Of a stretch of 64,000 nucleotides of DNA, positions 57,580-64,000 are shown in pieces (position 1 is the stretch's first letter; the number at the start of each line of letters is the position of its first letter). Where the stretch lies: positions 3,744,001 to 3,808,000 of the forward strand of contig OZ219926.1 in assembly GCA_964291405.2 (NCBI GenBank), in the 5' to 3' direction. The notes under the pieces are model-generated. The model did no database searches. It saw only the letters and a program-made list of their open reading frames with translations, and was not told the origin of the DNA. Position numbers and translations under genes: made by a program. Source of the stretch: Thermodesulfobacteriota bacterium (GTDB lineage: Bacteria; Desulfobacterota; Binatia; Bin18).

Positions 57580-58365
57580 TTGGCAAACTGGACTGAACAG
57601 AAGGCTCATATAGCCGAAGCTGAATTAACGCTCATTAAGGGCGGATCAGGTAAACCCTTGTTAATGTTGCATGATGAGCTGGGATTCCCCGGATGGATGA
57701 AATGGAATGACGAGCTTGCGACAGAGCGCGCGTTCGTGATTCCGCTCCAGCCCGGTTTTGGCAAAACTCCGCGTCTGGGGTGGATTCGGGATTTTCGTGA
57801 CTTGGCCGGTCTGTATAGCATGGCGGTCAGAGAAATGGGGCTCGACCCGGTGGATGTCATTGCGTTCTCAGCCGGTGGATTCATTGCCGCTGAGATGGTC
57901 GCGGCCGACCCCAAGATTTTCGACCATTTGATTCTGGTAGGTCCGATGGGGCTCAAACCCGAGAAGGGCGAAATCTGGGACATCTTCCCGGTGACGATCC
58001 GGACCCATTTACGGGCAACCGTTGCCGACCCAGGGGCCGCCGAGTTCGGAAGTATTTACGGTGGCGAGATGACGCCGGAGCAATTCGAGGCGTTTGAAGA
58101 TGCCCGGGCGGAAAGCGCGCGTATCGGCTGGGAGCCGTATATGCATAATCCGAGCCTGCCCTATCTGTTGCGCGGCGTAAAAAACGTCCCCACCCTGCTG
58201 GTTCGCGGGTCCGAAGACCGGATCGTGCCAGCGGGTTGCATCGCCGCCTATATCAAAGCCATTGACGGGGCCAGGGCCGTGGAAATCGCCAATGTCGGCC
58301 ATCGTCCGGAAATCGAAAATTCGGCCGAATTTGTCAAAATCGTGCAAGACTTCCTGGCGTCGTAA
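57580..58365 (+). CDS. Alpha/beta hydrolase fold protein
   Basis: PLLMLH, PGFG, AFSAGG nucleophile elbow, GHRPEIE; TTG start after AAGGAGG. Confidence 0.85.
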   Translation: MANWTEQKAHIAEAELTLIKGGSGKPLLMLHDELGFPGWMKWNDELATERAFVIPLQPGFGKTPRLGWIRDFRDLAGLYSMAVREMGLDPVDVIAFSAGGFIAAEMVAADPKIFDHLILVGPMGLKPEKGEIWDIFPVTIRTHLRATVADPGAAEFGSIYGGEMTPEQFEAFEDARAESARIGWEPYMHNPSLPYLLRGVKNVPTLLVRGSEDRIVPAGCIAAYIKAIDGARAVEIANVGHRPEIENSAEFVKIVQDFLAS

Positions 58366-58401
58366 TTGCGTGGGACAAGTTCGTCCGAAGGAGAATGCCT
58401 T

Positions 58402-59736
58402 ATGCAAATCTCATATTTCACCGAACGGCCCTATCGCGGTCTGAACGAGGACGAGATACTCAAGAACAAAGCCTACTTCGCCGTGCCCAACGCCCTGTTC
58501 GACCGCGAGCAGGCGGCCAACGATTACAATTATTATCTGGACGAATACTGCTATGCCGAAGAGCTCGGTTTCGATGCTGTTGCGCTCAACGAGCACCACG
58601 GCAATCCCTTCTGCATGGGCAGCGTCATGAATGTCGAAGCTTCCATCCTGGCGCGGATTACCAATAAAGTCCGCATTGTTCTGATCGGCAATCCGTTGCC
58701 CGTGCTGAAGCACCCGCTACGCATGGCCGAAGAGCTGGCCGAGATTGATCTGATCTCGCGCGGTCGTCTCGTCACCGGCTGGGTACGCGGGGCGGGCAGC
58801 GAGCAGTTCTTTAATAATGCCAACCCGGCCTATAACCGGGAGATGTTCAACGAAGCTCACGACTTTATCGTGCAGGCCTGGACCAAGCCCGGTCCGTGGC
58901 GTTACGAGGGCAAGCATTTCCACTATCGACACGTCAATCCGTGGGCGCTTCCCTACCAAAAACCGCATCCGCCGATGTGGATTCCCGGTGTGTTGAGCCC
59001 GGAGACAGCCCGCTGGTGTGCGGAGCACCGCTATCCCTACCTGGGATTAGGCACGGCCTTGGGGCCAACCTGTGACCTGTGGGATTTCTACGCCGATGAA
59101 GCCGCCAAGCACGGCTATCAGGCCGGGCCGGAAAACTTTGGCTATCTGATTCCGACCTTTCTGGCCGAAACAGAAGAGAAGGCCCAGGAAATCGGCAAGA
59201 ACTTTGTGTTCGGCGGCGGCCAGAACGCCTTCTCCCGTCCCGAGCATACCCTGCCGCCGGGCTATAACTCCAAGGGCGCTATCCGTATGCTGGCCAAACA
59301 TCCAGGTGGAAGCTGGCTGGGTGTCAGCCCCGAGAAATTACGGGCTCAGTCGGACGATGGTCGGCCCGACACCACCGACTTTGATACCGTCCGTCAGAAA
59401 CTGCTCAAGGGCTACGGTAAGGCGCAGAGGAATCTCCAACTCCTCATCGGCACCCCGGAGTCCGTCCTGCCCAAAGCCAAGACTCTGTTGCGGGTGCTAC
59501 GTCCGAGCATCTTTGTCTTCTTCAATATCCAGGGGCCGGTCGGTGATGAGGAGCGTAAAACGAGCATGCGTCTGATCGCCCAGGAGTTGACTCCGCGATT
59601 GCGGGAATATGCCAAGGAAATCGATCTGGTCGATCCGTTTGAACGCACCCCAGGCTCGATGGCTTACCGCAACGGGGTGACGCGCGATCCGGTCGTGGAC
59701 CGCGAACCCCTGGCCGCGTTGGGCATGGCCGGCTAG
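58402..59736 (+). CDS. LLM-class flavin-dependent oxidoreductase
   Basis: AEELGFD...NEHH, PLRMAEELA.ID..SRGRL..G.VRG, PYQKPHPPMWIPG. Confidence 0.9.
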   Translation: MQISYFTERPYRGLNEDEILKNKAYFAVPNALFDREQAANDYNYYLDEYCYAEELGFDAVALNEHHGNPFCMGSVMNVEASILARITNKVRIVLIGNPLPVLKHPLRMAEELAEIDLISRGRLVTGWVRGAGSEQFFNNANPAYNREMFNEAHDFIVQAWTKPGPWRYEGKHFHYRHVNPWALPYQKPHPPMWIPGVLSPETARWCAEHRYPYLGLGTALGPTCDLWDFYADEAAKHGYQAGPENFGYLIPTFLAETEEKAQEIGKNFVFGGGQNAFSRPEHTLPPGYNSKGAIRMLAKHPGGSWLGVSPEKLRAQSDDGRPDTTDFDTVRQKLLKGYGKAQRNLQLLIGTPESVLPKAKTLLRVLRPSIFVFFNIQGPVGDEERKTSMRLIAQELTPRLREYAKEIDLVDPFERTPGSMAYRNGVTRDPVVDREPLAALGMAG

Positions 59737-59777
59737 ATCGCACATACGGGCTGGGTGTCATTTGTGTTTGCAGGTGG

Positions 59778-59805
59778 AAAGGGTGGTCGTGAAGCCACCC
59801 TTTTT
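59778..59805 (+). terminator. Rho-independent terminator
   Basis: AAAGGGTGG-N8-CCACCC followed by TTTTT. Confidence 0.7.
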
Positions 59806-59875
59806 GCTATGCGCAGAACGGCGGTAGGATGTCCGCAGGAGAAACGTCACTCCCAGACTGAGGAGGACGCGCACG

Positions 59876-60907
59876 ATGAGTGATGCTCACGAACATGATA
59901 CCGGCGTGGCCTTTCAGCAGCGCCTGCTGACGACCGACCAGAACCGTGAACGTGAGATTCGGGTCAAGGCGATCGAAGCCCTGTTGACTGAGAAAACTCT
60001 CATTTCCAACGCATTGCTCGATGCCGTTCTGGACTCGTACGAAAACGACATCGGGCCGTTGAACGGCTGCAGGGTTGTTGCCCAGGCCTGGACGGACCCC
60101 GTCTATAAGGCCCGTCTGCTTGAGAATGGCTCCGCTGCTATAGCCGAGTTGGGCTTTGGCGGCTTGCAGGGCGAGCATCTGGTCGTGGTGGAGAACACGC
60201 CACAGACGCATAACGTGATCGTCTGCGCCTTATGCTCGTGCTACCCCTGGCCGGTCCTGGGGCTGCCGCCATTCTGGTATAAGAGCCAGTCGTATCGCTC
60301 CAGAGTCACCGGCCGGCCTCGTGAGGTGCTCCAGGAGTTTGGGCTTGAGCTGGACGAGAGTATTCAGATTCAGGTCTGGAACAGTACCTTCCAGACCCGC
60401 TATATGGTCCTGCCGGAGCGACCGGCCGGGACGGAGCAGATGACGCTCGATGAGCTTACGGCCATTGTCACGCGAGATGCGATGATCGGGGTGGCGCGGG
60501 TCGAGCCTGAGAAACAGCAGCAGCCCGGTCTGTCCCAGAGACACGTCTCTGACATGCAGGGTCCTGCCTCTCTGCCCCGACGAAGCGGCGAACTCCAGTT
60601 CCAGGACCCGTGGGAAGGCATCGCGTTTGCCCTGGGGGTCGCCCTGTGCGAACGGAGCTACTATGCCTGGGCCGAGTTTCAAGAGCGATTGATTGCCGAG
60701 ATTGCCAGTGCGGACCGGCAGCCACCTGAGATGAGACCAACCTATTATGAAAGCTGGCTGGCCGCCTTTGAAAAACTGCTCGACACAAAGAATATACTGG
60801 CTCAGAGCATAATTAACCGCCGCGTCCGCCAGATTAAACAGGGTCTCTCTCTGCGCCGCACCCGTCTTCCGTTTGGCATCAGGCCGTGGCCGGACGAGGA
60901 AGGATAG
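59876..60907 (+). CDS. nthA: Nitrile hydratase alpha subunit fused to a nitrile hydratase accessory protein domain
   Basis: aa 25-210: RVKAIEALL.EK, GP.NG.RVVA.AW.DP, VCALCSCYPWPVLGLPPFWYKS, RYMVLPERPAGTE, VTRDAMIG. aa ~230-325: LPRRSGELQFQDPWEGIAFAL, W.EFQ..LIAEI, YYESWLAAFEKLL. Confidence 0.88.
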   Translation: MSDAHEHDTGVAFQQRLLTTDQNREREIRVKAIEALLTEKTLISNALLDAVLDSYENDIGPLNGCRVVAQAWTDPVYKARLLENGSAAIAELGFGGLQGEHLVVVENTPQTHNVIVCALCSCYPWPVLGLPPFWYKSQSYRSRVTGRPREVLQEFGLELDESIQIQVWNSTFQTRYMVLPERPAGTEQMTLDELTAIVTRDAMIGVARVEPEKQQQPGLSQRHVSDMQGPASLPRRSGELQFQDPWEGIAFALGVALCERSYYAWAEFQERLIAEIASADRQPPEMRPTYYESWLAAFEKLLDTKNILAQSIINRRVRQIKQGLSLRRTRLPFGIRPWPDEEG

Positions 60908-60936
60908 GCCACGGACCCTGGAGGCCCATCCCCCAC

Positions 60937-61042
60937 ATCCCCTCTTGGGAGGGGTGCCGCGCCAGCGGCGGGGTGGGTTTGTTCGGCCGGGCGTGCAGGG
61001 ACAACCCACCCCGGCCTTCGGCCACCCCTCCAGGGAGGGGAT
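60937..61042. repeat. REP doublet (REPIN-like) between convergent genes
   Basis: Left ATCCCCTCTTGGGAGGGGTGCCGCGCCAGCGGCGGGGTGGGT is the imperfect inverse of right ACCCACCCCGGCCTTCGGCCACCCCTCCAGGGAGGGGAT; each arm has internal hairpins. Confidence 0.7.
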
Positions 61043-61046
61043 AGGA

Positions 61047-62282
61047 CTAGCCCTCCGGTGGTGGACCGGCGATAATTTTTTGGCTTTCCAAGCCCGCCAG
61101 TTCCTCTGGAGCCAGTCCTAGAACTTCCTTGAGGACAAGGTGGGTATGCTCACCGGGATGGGGAGCGCTGGGCAGGTCGGAGGGTTCCAGGTCACGGGCT
61201 TCGATCACTGGGCCAGGCACCCAGATTGAACCGAGATCAGGGTCGTCAACGTGGTGGAAGCAGGGCAGGTCTCGGGCGTGCTGTTCCGCTTCGATACTGT
61301 CCCGACACGGCTCGACCACCAGCCCGGCCTGACTCAGGGTCTTGAGCACCTCTTCCTGTGGACGGGCGGCGACCCAATCGGCAATTTGCTGTTTAATCGT
61401 ATCGACCCGCTCATAGCGGGCGTGGTCGCCGTGAATCTCGTGGCCCTGCTCGTCGAGAGCGAGGTTGCGCAGACCAGTAGCTTCGCGCAGCCGACGTAGG
61501 ACCGAATCACCAATCAGATTCAGGGTGACGAACTTCCCGTCCCGGGCGCAGTAATGGCCGTGGACAGCATCCAGCAGATTGTCGCCGATCGGTTCCCGGC
61601 CCTCGCCCGTTGTCTCGGCCTGGGCGTACCAGCCCAACTCTGCCAGGGTTTGGAAGGCAACCTGTTCCAGAGCGATCTGATAGCAGTCGCCCCGCCCGGT
61701 TTCCGCCAGGCGGCGCAGGGCGACGTGGAAGGCGTTCAGGCCGTGCAGTCCGGTGAGCATATCGAAAAACGCCACCGGAATGGTGAGCGGTCTGCCGTGC
61801 GGCTCGCCCGTAGCGTGAGCTAAGCCGGTCGCCCCCTGCATGGAATAATCGTTGGCCGCCCGCCCGTCATGTCCGCCGTCGAACTGGATTTTAATGACGG
61901 ACGGCCCGCAGTGCTCGACCAGATGAGCGTAGTCGAGCCAGGGCGCCATGCGCGGGGGCCAGTTGCTGATCAGCACATGGGTTTCTCGAATGAGATCGAG
62001 GACGAGCTGTTTGCCTGCCTCCTGGCGAAAGTCGATGGCAACCGCCTGCATGCCGCGATGCAGCATCTGCCAGGGGATGCTGACCCCCGCCCGATTCAGG
62101 GGGCCACGATCCCGGTCGGGCAGGCCGCGGCCATGGTGCGCCCCCATAATGGGCTCGACCAGAATGACGCGCACGCCGAGCCGCATCAATTCGAGCAGCA
62201 TCTTGTTTGGGGCGACAAACAGCCCAATGGCAACAACGGTAATCTCTTCGCCGTCTATGCTGTAGCGTAATTGGAAGGACAC
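61047..62282 (-). CDS. Family III (CaiB/BaiF) CoA transferase, divergent
   Basis: LGVRVILVEP, HRGMQAVAIDF....G..LV.DLI...VLISN, NDYSMQ catalytic Asp, DMLTG, APHPGEHT..VLKEVLGL. Confidence 0.82.
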   Translation of the reverse strand: MSFQLRYSIDGEEITVVAIGLFVAPNKMLLELMRLGVRVILVEPIMGAHHGRGLPDRDRGPLNRAGVSIPWQMLHRGMQAVAIDFRQEAGKQLVLDLIRETHVLISNWPPRMAPWLDYAHLVEHCGPSVIKIQFDGGHDGRAANDYSMQGATGLAHATGEPHGRPLTIPVAFFDMLTGLHGLNAFHVALRRLAETGRGDCYQIALEQVAFQTLAELGWYAQAETTGEGREPIGDNLLDAVHGHYCARDGKFVTLNLIGDSVLRRLREATGLRNLALDEQGHEIHGDHARYERVDTIKQQIADWVAARPQEEVLKTLSQAGLVVEPCRDSIEAEQHARDLPCFHHVDDPDLGSIWVPGPVIEARDLEPSDLPSAPHPGEHTHLVLKEVLGLAPEELAGLESQKIIAGPPPEG

Positions 62283-62504
62283 GCTTCACCTCCTCTATAC
62301 GTCAATGATACCACAGCACCTGATGCTCATCCCACTCAACCCGCTTCCCCGCACTGGCAGGCGATTATTGTAGGGGGTCGTCTGAGTGTCAAGCATTCTC
62401 TCTCTTCGGGACGATTCGACCAAAATAAAATTGCACATCACTCTTGATTCTCAATTCTCGTTACGTACGTTTTACAGAATAATACATCCGGTGGAGCAAA
62501 AGCG

Positions 62505-62705
62505 ATGCAAAAGCTGGTCCGGAAGAATATCTTTCTCGATCCGCAGGCACTGAAACGCGCCCAGAAGATATTGGGGAAAAAGAGCGAGTCAGAGACTATC
62601 CGGGAAGTGCTCAACCTTGTGACCTTCCATAACGAGGTCATGCGTGGCTTTGATCGGGTGGCGGGGAAAGCACCGAACTTCAGGGATATCTGGGAAGAAG
62701 ATTGA
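62505..62705 (+). CDS. vapB: VapB-like ribbon-helix-helix antitoxin
   Basis: RKNIFLD...LKRAQKILG.KSESETI; TGATG coupling to the PIN gene. Confidence 0.78.
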   Translation: MQKLVRKNIFLDPQALKRAQKILGKKSESETIREVLNLVTFHNEVMRGFDRVAGKAPNFRDIWEED

Positions 62706-63137
62706 TGTCCGCCCTGCTATTTGACACGAGTGTGTATATTCCGATTCTGCGCGATGAAAATTTTGCGAGAGAATTTCGACCCCGTTATCTCCGGCGGGCT
62801 TCCGCTTACATACTGTAGCGCTGTCGTCATAGAAGAACTTCTCGCTGGAGTCCGAACGATCCGACATCGAAGACAGGCGGCTGCCCTGTATGAACCCTTC
62901 GAGCGGGTGCGACGAATTATTACCCCCAGTCAGCGCATATGGAAAGAAACCGGGACCATTGCCGCAACGATAGCGGACCAAGCTCCCCAGCTCCGTGATA
63001 AGCTCTCGCGTGAATTCCTGAACGATATTCTTATTGCTTTGAGTGGACGTTCTATCGGAGCAACGGTCGTCACTCGGAACGAGGGGGACTTTCGGCTCAT
63101 CCGGCAATTTCGAAAGTTCTCACTGGAGGTTATCTAA
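62705..63137 (+). pseudogene. vapC: VapC PIN toxin, frameshifted
   Basis: ATG 62705 frame gives MSALLFDTSVYIPILRD...YLRRASAYIL* (TAG 62816-62818). The rest (SAVVIEELLAG, NDILIA, VVTRN..DF) is in the +1 frame; shift near 62795-62798. Confidence 0.8.
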
Positions 63138-63141
63138 ACTC

Positions 63142-63576
63142 ATGGTACCGGCCTGGAGATTACCCGGAGTACTGGTCGTAGCAGGAGCGGTCCTAGTGTG
63201 GGCCGCTCTCATCCGCGCTCAGCCCAGCGACACGCCGGCCAGCCAGTCGATTGATGCCCTTTTGGCGGCAAAGGCCCAGCGGACGCCAGCCCAGCGGAAG
63301 CTGAGTTCGCACCTGCTCGACGCATGGCGGGCGGTGCAGGATCAGTCGGCCGTGGACGCCCTGGTCACAGTAGACATCCGGGCTGACGTGACGCCAGCGG
63401 TGCTGGAACGTATACAAACCTTGGGCGGTACGGTCCTGAACAGCGTCCCCAAATACCGGGCCATCCGGGCACGCCTGCCCCTCTCCGCCCTGGAGCCGCT
63501 TGCCACGCTCGACGCCGTGCAGTTGGTCCGCCCCGCCGACCAAGCCCAGACGCACGGTCCAAGCCTGACGGATTGA
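63142..63576 (+). CDS. Secreted protein resembling an isolated subtilase (S8) pro-region
   Basis: Signal-like N-terminus; IDALLAAKAQRTPAQRKLSSHLL, VTVDIRA, LGG.V, IRARLPL..LE.LA.LDAV..VRPA; stops where a catalytic domain would begin. Confidence 0.5.
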   Translation: MVPAWRLPGVLVVAGAVLVWAALIRAQPSDTPASQSIDALLAAKAQRTPAQRKLSSHLLDAWRAVQDQSAVDALVTVDIRADVTPAVLERIQTLGGTVLNSVPKYRAIRARLPLSALEPLATLDAVQLVRPADQAQTHGPSLTD

Positions 63577-63723
63577 AGGCGCCGCTGCACCGATAATATT
63601 TCCCTGCGCTGTTTCCTCCAAGGTCAGTACCTGTCGGGGTTGTCATCAGAGGCATTCATGCGGGGAGGGAGGTGGGGGCGCCTCAAGCCGCTCTTTCCCA
63701 GCGGCGGCCGTTGCCTCCATTAC

Positions 63724-63880
63724 TTAGTGTAGCACGGCTTCGAGCAGTTCGACGCGCGATGTCCTTGTCCGGCACTTCGTCGATGAGCTGCTCTGCTCGT
63801 AGCCGTAATTGGCAAACCAACTCGCCATTTTCAAAATACAGCATTTCCTAGGGTTCAACCTGCAAGCTATCCGCCAGCCG
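63724..63880 (-). pseudogene. Possible XRE-HTH regulator remnant cut by a MITE end
   Basis: Minus-strand RLADSLQVEP*EMLYFE.....LRLRAEQLIDEV resembles the C-terminal half of XRE proteins; internal stop. Confidence 0.3.
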
Positions 63881-64000
63881 GGTAGTGTCTCCCTTTGAAA
63901 TTTGTTCTTCTCGTCGTCTTTCCCCTCCCGGTGGTGACGGCTGATTGTTTGCGGCCCTCGCAGCCTTTTTTCTTCTGTCCGAACCGGTTTGCGCGGGACA
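63881..64000. mobile_element. MITE-like element with IS1-type terminal inverted repeat (right end cut by window edge)
   Basis: Begins GGTAGTGTCTCCCTTTGAAATTT; the window ends ...GCGCGGGACA, the expected start of a GACACTACC inverted end; related end at 32521-32545. Confidence 0.55.

Noticed and set aside
59876-60907. NHLP (nitrile hydratase leader peptide) RiPP precursor
   Set aside because: The CxxCSC metal site is intact, there is no Gly-Gly leader/core, and no YcaO, LanM or transporter genes are nearby.
63600-63660. Excisionase-like fragment QVLTLEETAQ on the minus strand
   Set aside because: Too short, with no convincing start or continuation.

Overview
A ~60% GC bacterial chromosomal segment packed with about 60 mostly catabolic or redox genes. 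These include five luciferase-like oxidoreductases, amidohydrolases, two TauD/TfdA dioxygenases, SDRs and three Mo/W-pterin enzyme systems. The gene mix resembles uncultured Binatia/Tectomicrobia-like heterotrophs often recovered from sponges; this is inference only, as no marker gene is present. No rRNA, tRNA, CRISPR array, integrase or full transposase was seen. Highlights: (1) An 11-gene, 13-kb minus-strand run (17193->4098) couples hydantoinase/oxoprolinase, SDR, copper amine oxidase and a Tat-exported IorAB-type molybdoenzyme to a non-canonical Sox module (SoxY with an AAACVE arm, SoxZ, cytochrome c, SoxF, fused SoxXA; no soxB/CD in the window). (2) At three places a diverged, mostly synonymously substituted fragment of a neighbouring intact gene flanks acquired cargo (HigBA; permease plus PIN TA; Rieske plus sterol methyltransferase), with no integrase and one clear microhomology junction. 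(3) A Neverland/DAF-36-like Rieske gene is followed by a broken sterol C24-methyltransferase. (4) A stand-alone nitrile hydratase alpha subunit is fused to its accessory protein. (5) An NCS2 permease carries a degenerate HATPase-like tail. Also present: RloAB defence pair, tungsten AOR operon, three TA loci, IS1-like MITE ends and REP-like palindromes. All family calls come from motif recognition by eye, and identity counts are hand counts.
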